DNA of 64,000 nt from assembly GCA_016935095.1 (NCBI GenBank), contig JAFGRO010000029.1, forward strand, positions 7,313 to 71,312. Reading direction: 5' to 3'. Position 1 is the stretch's first letter. Every line of letters starts with the position of its first letter. This stretch comes from Candidatus Woesearchaeota archaeon. Its GTDB lineage: Archaea; Nanobdellota; Nanobdellia; Woesearchaeales; GW2011-AR15. A model generated the notes under the pieces. It had not been told where the DNA came from. It ran no database searches and saw only the letters and a program-made list of their open reading frames with translations. Below, in pieces: positions 28,727 through 38,409 of the stretch. The translations under genes and the position numbers were made by a program.

Positions 28727-31700
28727 TTATTCAGTAGAATAATCTTTAAACATCTCTATTCTTGGATCAGGAATACTCTCAAGAAGTTCAGGGTCTAAAA
28801 CAATATTCCTAAATTCTTCATAAGTAATAAAGTCATATACTTCCTCAAACTCTCCAACTATTCTTGTTTCATAATGTACATAATAATATCCCTTTTCATG
28901 GTATTGATGCCACATGGTCTGCAAACCATTTTTTGTAAAAACTATGTCATGTGCACCTTTTATTCTTCTTAATTCATCTGTTAACTGTTCTAGCAATACA
29001 TTTGATAGGTCTAGGTGCTCTCCACGATAATCTTCATTAATTTCAATATAAGACTTATAAATTCTTGTAGTTGAACCTGTATGTAGCCATTGATCACATG
29101 TACCCTCATCCCACATAGAATAAAAGCCTACATATTCATTACCATTATTATTAATATCATAAAGTAATATATGTTCCTGATATATATCCATAGTAGAATC
29201 ACGGATAATTAATACAACATACTCCCTCCTATTATACATTACAGATTTAGTCTCAAATTCAATATCATCACCCTTAAGATCTATTTTTACTTCTCCTCCT
29301 ACATAAGTTCTTTTAGTAACTATTCCTCCTTCAATATTATTAAATTCATTTAATCCATCAATACCAATGCTTTTAGCAGTATATTCTCCACCCCTGACAA
29401 TTCCTGCTTCAAGTTCAACTTCAGCTCCATAAAATGATAAATCTGATCCTTCTTGTGCTAATACAACATCCCTGATTCTATATTCATTTCTTTCTGAGAT
29501 AAAGTCAACTTCTGATCTTTCCCGCAATTTGGAAAAACTAGTAATATCACTTACTTCAAATACATTTACTATTGAACCATCCGGTGTTTCAAATACGCGT
29601 AAATTAGCATGTCTTAGCTGATATTGCATTGCTTCAACATTTGTATCTACATTTACCTCAATATCAAAACCAGAGATACCTCCTCCCATGCTATTTACAA
29701 TTGTAGCGAATGAACCAAGCAATGGATGAACACTAGATAGAATTTCTTCACCAACTTCTTCAAGAGCTTCTTGGGCAACTGTACTTACAACTTCAACAAC
29801 AAGTCTTCCCCCAGAAGTCTTTAAAAGAAATCTACCTACAGCATTGCCCATTAATCTTGGTCCAAGAACTCTACTTGGCAATGTAACAATATCATGTATT
29901 AATAATACTACTGCATTTCCTGATTGTGCTGCCTTACTAATAAGATAACTTCCAAGAGAAGGCAGTAGTTTTGTGTATATTGGATTGAATAAAGATGCAA
30001 TAATTTTAGGAATTTCATATCTTTGAAATTCATCAGATTGCCAGAAAAATTTTCCATTCATTGCTTCTAAAACTTGTTCTACTGTTTGGCCTTCTTTATA
30101 TCTTTTAAAAGTAGAAATATCCCCATTATATGTAAGTCCTGCTTTTCCATCTGCCATTAATCCACTTAATAAACTTGAAGATAAAGTATACTCGTCTGTT
30201 TCTCTTAATAATAATGCAGCTTTGAACATTTCCTGACTAGCCTGACTAGGGTCTTTAGGATCTTCAACATTAAGATATAAATTAAATAAAGGATTTTTTT
30301 TTAAATAAACTAAATAACTAAATCCTATAGAAGGATTTAAATTTTCATCAAATTCTGCTTCCATGTAATCAGTAAATTCACCTTTTAGTAGCCCACTCTC
30401 ATATCCATTTGAATTAAATACTTTCTCACCATAAAGTACAACAACACCTCCATCAGCATTTCCATGTTTTGATCCATAAACAACCAGTGGAGTCCTTCCA
30501 GGTGAATTAAATTCCTCTGTTTTCTCAACTGTATTTGGTGGCTCTCTATTATAAACGATGATTCCACCCCATTCACGTATGATAATATTTCTTATTGGCT
30601 CAAGACCATTTACATAATACAAATCAACAATACCTCCATTAAGTGTAATTTGACCTGTATAAAGTCCTGAAACTTCATCTTCTCTTAATTTTTCATCTCC
30701 AATTAATGAATATTTTACATATGTTTTATCATTATGTATTTCAACATAATCATTGCGCATTAATGTTATTGGTTGATTGTCTCTAATTTGAGTTTTTAAA
30801 AACTCTACTCTTCCAAGAAGTTTATTATCTGTTTCTTTCTCTAATTCCTGAACCACTCCAGTAAGAGTAAGTTCTGGATAACGATTAGTAATCTCTTTTA
30901 ATTTTAATGCCGCATTTGTTTTTGCTGTATAATAATATTCCAACCACTGTTGTGGAGTTGTACTAATATCAGCATACATAAAAATTGGATTTGCTGAATT
31001 AATCCCCAGCTGAAGAAAACTAACTATGTCCATTAAAGGACCTCCTTCAAACATAGGTTTAATATCTTTGCCAGAAGCAAGTGCCCAAAAACTATCTGGC
31101 GTAAGTCTAGCTTTAGTTTCATGATAACTAATACTTGCTCCAATAAGTGTCTTTTCAAGTGCATCATTAACAAGAAGATTTCCTTGTGAATAATCAAAAC
31201 CATATTCACTGATAAGCCAATGTTTTCTATGAGCATATTGGAGTTCTTCGACTGCTCTCCAATAAGCCATAATTGCTTCTTTGTATTCTGAAGTTTTAAT
31301 ATTATCATTAGGATCAAAAATATCTGAATCTCCTGATAAAAGTGAATAAGCAGCATGTGTGTATACTTCAGCAAGTGCTGTATTCTCCTCTAGCTCCCAT
31401 AAAAGAATCACTATTTCTTGTACATCCAAATCTGAAAGATCACCAACCACTTGCCATTTATTATCTATATAATCAATTCTTGGATCATTTTTCAGTTCTT
31501 GAAATTTATCCTTAGCAGCTTGTTCAGCCTCTTTTGATTTTCTATAGTTTTTTATAAAAGAACTTCCTTCAGTAAGTAATTCATTTTTGTTAATAAACAA
31601 AACATGTAAAGAGTCAAAATGACAAGTAATTTGAGCAAGCAATCCTGGGGATTCACCACCTCCTTCAATACTTTGTGATAAATACATAAGTGCTGAATAT

Positions 31701-32074
31701 GCATCATCAATGTCTTCTTCAGCTTTATGATTGTTACTTGGATCACCGTCAACTACATATTCTGCTGCACGATCCATATAAAAAAACACTTCCATTAATT
31801 TTCTTGTCTGAATTTCAGTCAAATCAAATGAAATACACTTTCCACACGCTCCTCGATAACGAATCAAATTTTCATAAGAATTAATTAGGTGTCTAACCTG
31901 GCAGTCTTCAACCAAACAAAGATCTTTATCACTAATATCCTTTAAAAGCTCACCATCACATTCCTCAGCAGACAGTGTTTCCTCAGGTTGAACTCCTGGA
32001 CAACATCCAGTCAACAAAACAATCAGTACAATAATACACATAATTATTAATATCTTAGAATTTTTTTTATTCAT
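28727..32074 (-). CDS. Large (1115 aa) secreted/lipoprotein-like surface protein
   Basis: N-terminal signal MNKKNSKILIIMCIIVLIVLLTGCC (lipobox-like); long uninterrupted ORF. Confidence 0.5.
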   Translation of the reverse strand: MNKKNSKILIIMCIIVLIVLLTGCCPGVQPEETLSAEECDGELLKDISDKDLCLVEDCQVRHLINSYENLIRYRGACGKCISFDLTEIQTRKLMEVFFYMDRAAEYVVDGDPSNNHKAEEDIDDAYSALMYLSQSIEGGGESPGLLAQITCHFDSLHVLFINKNELLTEGSSFIKNYRKSKEAEQAAKDKFQELKNDPRIDYIDNKWQVVGDLSDLDVQEIVILLWELEENTALAEVYTHAAYSLLSGDSDIFDPNDNIKTSEYKEAIMAYWRAVEELQYAHRKHWLISEYGFDYSQGNLLVNDALEKTLIGASISYHETKARLTPDSFWALASGKDIKPMFEGGPLMDIVSFLQLGINSANPIFMYADISTTPQQWLEYYYTAKTNAALKLKEITNRYPELTLTGVVQELEKETDNKLLGRVEFLKTQIRDNQPITLMRNDYVEIHNDKTYVKYSLIGDEKLREDEVSGLYTGQITLNGGIVDLYYVNGLEPIRNIIIREWGGIIVYNREPPNTVEKTEEFNSPGRTPLVVYGSKHGNADGGVVVLYGEKVFNSNGYESGLLKGEFTDYMEAEFDENLNPSIGFSYLVYLKKNPLFNLYLNVEDPKDPSQASQEMFKAALLLRETDEYTLSSSLLSGLMADGKAGLTYNGDISTFKRYKEGQTVEQVLEAMNGKFFWQSDEFQRYEIPKIIASLFNPIYTKLLPSLGSYLISKAAQSGNAVVLLIHDIVTLPSRVLGPRLMGNAVGRFLLKTSGGRLVVEVVSTVAQEALEEVGEEILSSVHPLLGSFATIVNSMGGGISGFDIEVNVDTNVEAMQYQLRHANLRVFETPDGSIVNVFEVSDITSFSKLRERSEVDFISERNEYRIRDVVLAQEGSDLSFYGAEVELEAGIVRGGEYTAKSIGIDGLNEFNNIEGGIVTKRTYVGGEVKIDLKGDDIEFETKSVMYNRREYVVLIIRDSTMDIYQEHILLYDINNNGNEYVGFYSMWDEGTCDQWLHTGSTTRIYKSYIEINEDYRGEHLDLSNVLLEQLTDELRRIKGAHDIVFTKNGLQTMWHQYHEKGYYYVHYETRIVGEFEEVYDFITYEEFRNIVLDPELLESIPDPRIEMFKDYSTE

Positions 32075-32083
32075 CTAATTCTA

Positions 32084-32770
32084 TTAATTTTTATTATACA
32101 ATATAAATTTTACCTTTTCCCAGACTTTCTCAGCAATCTTTTCTTTATCTAATATTTCATCATTTTCAAAGCAATCTATTCTTATCCAATTATTAGTTTT
32201 AACTAACTCAAGATAAGCTGATTCAACCTTTTTTAAATAGGTTCTATCTTTTTCATGGATGTCTTTTTTCTTGCCATCAAGATATTCACGACTTTCCTTA
32301 GTCTTAATCCATTTTTGTGTTATCTCCAGAGGCACATGGAGATATATCACTAAATCAGGCTTAGGTATTTTATTTATTTTATATTCAAGCTCATCTATCC
32401 AGTCCAAAAATAAATTTTTTTTTTCTTCAGAGCTAAATTTTGCTGAGCCGTATGCCTTGTTAGATGGCACATACCTGTTTGAAACAATGATTTTTCCCTG
32501 CTTAAGCCATCTCTCGATATTTGGCTTTGCCTCTGCCCTGTCCTGGGCATATAATAAAGAAGAGAGATAAGGCGAAATCTGGTTTATCCTGCCGAATTCC
32601 CCTCTTAGGTAGCGTGCAATTAACTTGCCAAAAAAACCAGTATAATACTGGGGAAAGTCAGCCTGCTCTACTTCATAGCCCTTTTCACTAAGCTGTTTTA
32701 TAAGCAAATCCGCCTGGGTCCTCTTCCCTGAAGAATCATTTCCCTCAATTACAATAAGTTTGCCCTGCAT
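32084..32770 (-). CDS. tmk: Thymidylate kinase
   Basis: LIVIEGNDSSGKRTQADLL P-loop typical of dTMP kinase. Confidence 0.8.
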   Translation of the reverse strand: MQGKLIVIEGNDSSGKRTQADLLIKQLSEKGYEVEQADFPQYYTGFFGKLIARYLRGEFGRINQISPYLSSLLYAQDRAEAKPNIERWLKQGKIIVSNRYVPSNKAYGSAKFSSEEKKNLFLDWIDELEYKINKIPKPDLVIYLHVPLEITQKWIKTKESREYLDGKKKDIHEKDRTYLKKVESAYLELVKTNNWIRIDCFENDEILDKEKIAEKVWEKVKFILYNKN

Positions 32771-32827
32771 ATATTAAAAAAAAATAAGTTAATATATAAG
32801 ATTTATCAAAAAAGTATATAAAAAGAC

Positions 32828-33409
32828 TTGTTTTCTATATTTACCATGGGGGTAATCATTGCTGTTGTCGGCATGTGCGGTTCTGGGAAGTCTGTTCTGA
32901 CAGAATATTTAATAGAGAAAGGTTTTTCTAAACTAAGGTTCGGCCAGATTACAATGGACAAATTAAAAGAGAATAACCTCGAAATTAATGAAAAAAACGA
33001 GCGCTTAACTAGGGAAAAGCTAAGAGAGCAGTATGGAATGGCAGCATACGCAATCCTCAATATCCCAAAAATCAAAGAATTAATTAAAAGCAATGAAAGG
33101 ATTGTTCTGGACGGATTATATTCCTGGGAGGAATATCTGGTTTTAAAAAAAGAATTTCCCGGAATGATTGTTATTGCAGTTTATGCTTCTCCTGAAACAA
33201 GATACAAAAGACTAAATTCAAGAAAGGTAAGACCTTTAAGCAATGAAGAATCTTGTTCACGTGATAAATCAGAAATAGAAAATGTGCATAAAGCAGGGCC
33301 GATTGCAATGGCTGACTTTACTCTGGTTAATGAATCTTCATTAGAAAACTTAAAAAATAACTTAGAATTATTATTTAAAAAAACTGAAAATGAAAAAAAG
33401 ACCAAGTAA
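32828..33409 (+). CDS. P-loop nucleotide/nucleoside kinase-like protein (CoaE/dNMP-kinase-like)
   Basis: Walker A IIAVVGMCGSGKSVLTEYL; size 193 aa. Confidence 0.4.
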   Translation: MFSIFTMGVIIAVVGMCGSGKSVLTEYLIEKGFSKLRFGQITMDKLKENNLEINEKNERLTREKLREQYGMAAYAILNIPKIKELIKSNERIVLDGLYSWEEYLVLKKEFPGMIVIAVYASPETRYKRLNSRKVRPLSNEESCSRDKSEIENVHKAGPIAMADFTLVNESSLENLKNNLELLFKKTENEKKTK

Positions 33410-33935
33410 GGATGAATATTATATAGACATTGCACGAGAAGTGAGCAGAAGGTCTACCTGCTTAAGGAGAAGGTATGGAGCTGTTATAGTTTCAGAAAGT
33501 GATAAAATCATATCTACAGGATATAATGGTGCTATCAGAAAAGCTATTGACTGCCTTGAAATAGGAAAATGCATGAGAAAAGAATTAAATATCAATCATG
33601 GGGAAAGGTATGAGTTATGCAAGGCATTTCATGCAGAGCAGAATGCTATTCTGAGTGCAAATCCAATGGAAAGAAAAGGCGCTACTCTTTACCTGTACGG
33701 TGAAAATTCCAATGGCAAAGTTGAGGACGCAAACCCATGCATGATGTGCCGGAGAATGATTGTACAAGGAGAGCTTAAATTGGTAAAGGCACTGCAGGCA
33801 GATGGTTCTATTAAAGTATTAGATGTAAAGGATTTTGTTTATGCTGAGGATAAAGGAGATAACTTTCCGGAAGAGATTATAAAAACAAAAGAATTTAAAA
33901 GATATATTAAATATTTTAAGAAATTAAATCTGTAA
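33390..33935 (+). CDS. dCMP deaminase (cytidine/deoxycytidylate deaminase family)
   Basis: HAEQNAI zinc-binding motif and PCMMCRRMI (PCxxC). Confidence 0.8.
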   Translation: MKKRPSKDEYYIDIAREVSRRSTCLRRRYGAVIVSESDKIISTGYNGAIRKAIDCLEIGKCMRKELNINHGERYELCKAFHAEQNAILSANPMERKGATLYLYGENSNGKVEDANPCMMCRRMIVQGELKLVKALQADGSIKVLDVKDFVYAEDKGDNFPEEIIKTKEFKRYIKYFKKLNL

Positions 33936-34170
33936 TCTCTATGATTTTTTGTTTTGATTTAAATCCTGAAACAATCCTCACATTTTTTTTGGTTAACCTG
34001 GAAAAAAACTTAATAATTGCAATATTGGCTTTGTTGTCTTCTGCTTTTTCTTTGATATTTATTCTTAGTGCCTGCTTATTTTCATCCCAGTTAATAATTT
34101 CATTTTTAGGGGAATTCGGCTTTACAATAATCTGTAATCTGTTATTTTGGATATATTCATCAATGTTCAT
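33916..34170 (-). CDS. DUF167/YggU-family small protein
   Basis: 84 aa with ...ANIAIIKFFSRLTKKNVRIVSGFKSKQKIIEI pattern resembling UPF0235. Confidence 0.45.
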   Translation of the reverse strand: MNIDEYIQNNRLQIIVKPNSPKNEIINWDENKQALRINIKEKAEDNKANIAIIKFFSRLTKKNVRIVSGFKSKQKIIEITDLIS

Positions 34171-34907
34171 TTTATCAAATTCTGTATCCTTTCAATACCA
34201 TTAAAAAATAATCTTTGTTTAAATCCATATTTCAGTTCAGTTCCTGTACAATAATTTTTCTTTTTTTTTATATTATCTAAAAACTCATCAAGATTGTCTG
34301 CTTTTGAATAAGTAATGCTTTTCCCTATTTCAAAGGTTGAGTGGCTGTCGCTTCCGGCTGTAAATGATTTCTGGTTTTTTTCAGCGTATTTTATTGCAGA
34401 GAGATTTCTTTGTCTTGTGCTTCCTGAATTAATTACTTCAATGCAGTCAGTTAGTTCAGATTCAGCAGGATTCTTATATTTTCCAGGATGTGCAAAACTT
34501 GATATACAATTATATCTTTTTGAAGATTCAATAATCTCTCTATGGTCTTTTAAAATCCTTGACATAAATCTATTGCCTTTTTTATGTTTAATGAGTTCTT
34601 TAATGAAAAACTCTTTAAGTTCTGAGGCATTGTAAAAATAAAACAAGACATCAATTCCATTTTTATCTTTGACTTCTATGCCAGCAATAATATTTTCATG
34701 TTGTAAAACCAAAGCTCCTTTTACTTCATTATGGTCTGTTATTGCAACTCCTATTTTCAATTGATCTAATCTTTTTTTTAAAGTAGAAAGTTTAGTGGAA
34801 CCATCACTATACATTGTATGGTAGTGCATGTCAATGCATTTATAGCCATTAGAAATAAGCTTAGGAAGATTTGGCTTAGAAAACTTTATATTTTCGGAAT
34901 AATCCAT
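34167..34907 (-). CDS. PHP-domain metal-dependent phosphoesterase
   Basis: IDMHYHTMYSDGS (PHP motif I) and ITDHNE. Confidence 0.6.
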   Translation of the reverse strand: MDYSENIKFSKPNLPKLISNGYKCIDMHYHTMYSDGSTKLSTLKKRLDQLKIGVAITDHNEVKGALVLQHENIIAGIEVKDKNGIDVLFYFYNASELKEFFIKELIKHKKGNRFMSRILKDHREIIESSKRYNCISSFAHPGKYKNPAESELTDCIEVINSGSTRQRNLSAIKYAEKNQKSFTAGSDSHSTFEIGKSITYSKADNLDEFLDNIKKKKNYCTGTELKYGFKQRLFFNGIERIQNLIK

Positions 34908-34912
34908 GTTAT

Positions 34913-35230
34913 CTAACCATAGTCACGCCAGATATGCTTGCATTTCTCGCATTTAAGGAATTTTGTCTCTGGCTCGTCTCCTGCACGGGTCTGCACAAGC
35001 CAGAAATATGCTTTCCTGTGATGGCACTTGGGGCACTCTGTTTCTGTAATGGGAAGAGCCTCGATTTCCTCATCAACAGGCTCAATATTTTTTTCAGGCT
35101 TTTTTATTACTTCTTTTATCTCTATATTCTCAGGCTTTTTATTAGTATAGCCGCATGAACAGCTGAGGACATTCTTCTTATTTTCTTTTTTTGGTATCAG
35201 CAATGAACCGCATTTCGGGCAAAACATCAT
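34913..35230 (-). CDS. tfs: Transcription factor S / RNAP subunit M (double zinc ribbon)
   Basis: N-terminal CPKCGSL...CSCG; C-terminal CPKC...FWLVQTRAGDEPETKFLKCEKCKHIW = TFIIS-type Zn ribbon with RSADE-like acidic loop. Confidence 0.8.
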   Translation of the reverse strand: MMFCPKCGSLLIPKKENKKNVLSCSCGYTNKKPENIEIKEVIKKPEKNIEPVDEEIEALPITETECPKCHHRKAYFWLVQTRAGDEPETKFLKCEKCKHIWRDYG

Positions 35231-35240
35231 TTTTTTTCAC

Positions 35241-35972
35241 TTAAATTGGAACATATTTGTAAATTCCGATAAATTTTAAAATATCAACAAACCATATCTT
35301 GATATATCCCAGCAAAGGAATCCTGAATACTGCTTTTCCTATAAGCCTTTCTTCAGTTATACTTGATTCAGATATATCTGAATCAGAGTTATGGTCTCCT
35401 TTTGTCTGGAAATAGTATTTGCCGTCAGAGTCCCATTTTTTAACAACCCTGTGTATAATTGGATCGGGCCTGTTGCCTCTGAATACAATAACATCCCCTG
35501 TTTTTACCTTTTCTGGTTTTCTGCCAAACAGAACAATAATATCACCTGTGTTAAAGCCGTTTTTAAAGTTATATGTTTTAAAATCATCTTTTGTTATATT
35601 ATAATTTTCATACCATGAACCGCAGATATCCCAGAAATCATCAAAATTCCTGAAATTTTTAAAATTAAAAAAAGATTTGTCTTTATAGTGCTCTTCTGTA
35701 CAGAAATAATATATCAGTTTACCGTCCTGGTTCAGGATATAATTCCCCGTATAAGGGTTAACTCTCGGAGCATACGCGTGCTCCATGCTTCCTGAGACAA
35801 CAGCCACTACAGGATGTGTTGTCCCGAATAAAAAACCCAACCCGGGATAAACAATAAATTTAATTAAAACAAATGCAAGTACAATATTGACCAGCCATGA
35901 CCATATACTGTCCTCTTCCCATATAAATCTCCAAATTCTTCCTAAAAGTGTCTTTTTTTTGTTTTTAGACAT
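35241..35972 (-). CDS. Signal peptidase I (archaeal Sec11-type)
   Basis: N-terminal TM then VVAVVSGSMEHAY (SGSME catalytic Ser box). Confidence 0.55.
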   Translation of the reverse strand: MSKNKKKTLLGRIWRFIWEEDSIWSWLVNIVLAFVLIKFIVYPGLGFLFGTTHPVVAVVSGSMEHAYAPRVNPYTGNYILNQDGKLIYYFCTEEHYKDKSFFNFKNFRNFDDFWDICGSWYENYNITKDDFKTYNFKNGFNTGDIIVLFGRKPEKVKTGDVIVFRGNRPDPIIHRVVKKWDSDGKYYFQTKGDHNSDSDISESSITEERLIGKAVFRIPLLGYIKIWFVDILKFIGIYKYVPI

Positions 35973-36031
35973 ATTCTATACTAAGCAAAAAGCAAATTAT
36001 TAAAAATTTTTGGGTTTTTTATCTGTAAAGT

Positions 36032-36541
36032 ATGATAAATCCATTTAAATCAAGAAATCCAGAAATTCATGAATCCTGTTATATTGCAGATTCAGCACAG
36101 ATTATAGGGAATGTCAAGATAGGCAGTAATTCAAGCGTATGGCCTAATGCCGTTTTAAGGGGGGATATGAACTCTATTGGAATTGGAAAAAACACTAATA
36201 TTCAGGATAATACAACAGTGCATATTGGTCCAAAGAATTCTGTTAAAATAGGTAATAATATAACAATAGGCCATAATTGTATAATACACGGCTGTATAAT
36301 TGAAGATAATTGCCTAATAGGGATGGGCTCTGTGATAATGAACGGCTCTGTAATAGAAAAAAATTCAATAATCGGAGCAGGTGCAGTTGTAACAGAAGGA
36401 AAAAATATCCCTGAAAATTCCCTTGTATTAGGTATTCCAGGAAAGGTTATAAGAAAACTGACTAAAAAAGATATTGAAAGGATTAATTTAAATTGTAAGG
36501 AATATCTGGAATTAGCAGAAGAGTATAAAAAAAATAAATAA
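36032..36541 (+). CDS. Gamma-class carbonic anhydrase / hexapeptide-repeat family protein
   Basis: Left-handed beta-helix hexapeptide repeats; VWPNAVLRGDMNSIGIGKNTNIQDNTTVH matches gamma-CA family. Confidence 0.7.
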   Translation: MINPFKSRNPEIHESCYIADSAQIIGNVKIGSNSSVWPNAVLRGDMNSIGIGKNTNIQDNTTVHIGPKNSVKIGNNITIGHNCIIHGCIIEDNCLIGMGSVIMNGSVIEKNSIIGAGAVVTEGKNIPENSLVLGIPGKVIRKLTKKDIERINLNCKEYLELAEEYKKNK

Positions 36542-36542
36542 C

Positions 36543-37421
36543 ATGTCAAAAAACAAAGCAGGTAATAATATCAAAGGATTCATCTATGTTTTTTTGTTTT
36601 CAATCTCATGGGCAATTGACGCAATAATAGCAAAACTTGCATATAAAAAAGGAGCAGACCCTTTTGTATTTTCATATCAGACTTTGCTTCTGGCAAGTTT
36701 TCTGATGATTGGATATACATTTATCTTAAAAAACAAATCCTCTCTAAAACTCACTAAAAAAGACATCCCTTTAATGATTTTTCTCGGGTTTCTTGCAAAC
36801 GGGGTTGGCACAGCTTTTGAGCAGGTTGGATTAAAACTTTCATTTGCCACAAATTACGGGTTTATTATAAAAACAGCTACGTTTTTTGTTGTTATTTTTG
36901 CATTTTTAATATTAAAAGAAAAGATTTCATTCAAAAAAATGATTTTATTATTTTGTCTTTTACTGGGCTCTTACTTTATATCAACAAAAGGGGAATCATT
37001 AATTCCTGCTTTAGGAGATATTTTCATTATATCAGCAGCTTTATGTTTTGCTTTAGTTGCAGTTTTATCCAAAAAAATTATTAATAGAAATTCAGCTGAG
37101 TTTCTTTCATTTTTCAGATTATTTTCCGGAGGATTTACTTTATTTACTATTTCTTTGATTTTAGGGAAGAATATTCTAAATACTTTGTACTTTTTCTATA
37201 TGCTGATTGATAGTGTTTTCAGATTTTTACTTATTTTATTCCTGTATAAGACTATTGAAATAAAATCAGCATCATACATGACAATGATGTCAATGATGTT
37301 TTCTGTGTTTGTTGCAGTATTTAGTTATTTTATCTTTGGGGAGACAATGAACCTGGTTCAGATACTTGGCGCTATAATGATCATTGGTTCTGTTGTTTTA
37401 ATTCAGAAATCAGAAATATAA
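36543..37421 (+). CDS. EamA/DMT-family transporter
   Basis: ~10 TM helices, duplicated 5-TM architecture, 292 aa. Confidence 0.6.
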   Translation: MSKNKAGNNIKGFIYVFLFSISWAIDAIIAKLAYKKGADPFVFSYQTLLLASFLMIGYTFILKNKSSLKLTKKDIPLMIFLGFLANGVGTAFEQVGLKLSFATNYGFIIKTATFFVVIFAFLILKEKISFKKMILLFCLLLGSYFISTKGESLIPALGDIFIISAALCFALVAVLSKKIINRNSAEFLSFFRLFSGGFTLFTISLILGKNILNTLYFFYMLIDSVFRFLLILFLYKTIEIKSASYMTMMSMMFSVFVAVFSYFIFGETMNLVQILGAIMIIGSVVLIQKSEI

Positions 37422-37459
37422 TCCATACTTTTTTAAATTCTTAATAACTTATTAATTAT

Positions 37460-38407
37460 ATGAAATTCTGCCCAAGCTGCGGAAAAAGCATAAAAAAAGG
37501 AACATTCTGCAAAGAGTGCGAGCCTTTGCCTGAGATTAAAGTAAAGGAAATAAAACTCAGATTGTGCTCTGGATGCAGCAGGTATTTCCATAAAAATAAA
37601 TGGAACAGGTTCAATAAAATTGAACATGTAATTGAAAAAGTTGCCAGAGAGCAGTTAATTAAGCAATTAGAAGAATTCCAGGTTAAAGTAAAGCTCCCAA
37701 AATATACTAATAATGCCGGTGTAAATGTCAAATTCGAGATTGAAATCATAAAAGGGAATAATTGCTTTGTCCTGCCCGGGAGCTTAGACATAACTTATTG
37801 CAGTATCTGCTCCAAAAAAGACACAGAATATTTTGAAGGGAATCTTCAATTAAGAAACCCTACTCAGTATATTCTTGATTTTATTGACAATTATTTTACA
37901 AACCAGAATAAAAGGGTTTTAATCACAAAGAAGATAAAACAAAAAAACGGGATTGACATAAAAATCACATCAAAAAAACATCTCCAGGATCTGGGCAATA
38001 AATTGCAGGATAATTTTGGGGGCACTCTTAAAATAAGCCCACACCTACAGACATTTGACCACCAGACAAGCAAACATGTTTACAGGCTGAATGTCTATTT
38101 TAAAGCGCTTGATTTCAATGTGAATGATGTAATCAAATCAGACAATAAACTAATTAAGATAAGCAAACTCGGAAAGATTGTCTACGGAAAAGACATAAAG
38201 AACAACAAGTCTGTTTCAATAGACCTGAAAAATAAAGAATATACTGTGCTGGAGAAGCACATAACTTCTGTTTCAAAAATCCATCCTTACACAGAGATTC
38301 TGCACCCCAAGACCTACCAATCAGTTAGGATTGAAAATAAGAAAAAAGTCCAGATTGGGGAAAGGGTAAAAGTTGTGATTGACGGGGGAGAGAGTTATAT
38401 TGTATAG
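37460..38407 (+). CDS. NMD3-like protein (60S export adaptor homolog)
   Basis: N-terminal MKFCPSCGKSIKKGTFCKECEP...CSGCSRYF: two CxxC pairs as in the NMD3 N-domain. Confidence 0.5.
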   Translation: MKFCPSCGKSIKKGTFCKECEPLPEIKVKEIKLRLCSGCSRYFHKNKWNRFNKIEHVIEKVAREQLIKQLEEFQVKVKLPKYTNNAGVNVKFEIEIIKGNNCFVLPGSLDITYCSICSKKDTEYFEGNLQLRNPTQYILDFIDNYFTNQNKRVLITKKIKQKNGIDIKITSKKHLQDLGNKLQDNFGGTLKISPHLQTFDHQTSKHVYRLNVYFKALDFNVNDVIKSDNKLIKISKLGKIVYGKDIKNNKSVSIDLKNKEYTVLEKHITSVSKIHPYTEILHPKTYQSVRIENKKKVQIGERVKVVIDGGESYIV

Positions 38408-38409
38408 TT

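Noticed and set aside
31033-31884. Several short ORFs inside 28727-32074
   Set aside because: Alternative frames of the long surface-protein gene
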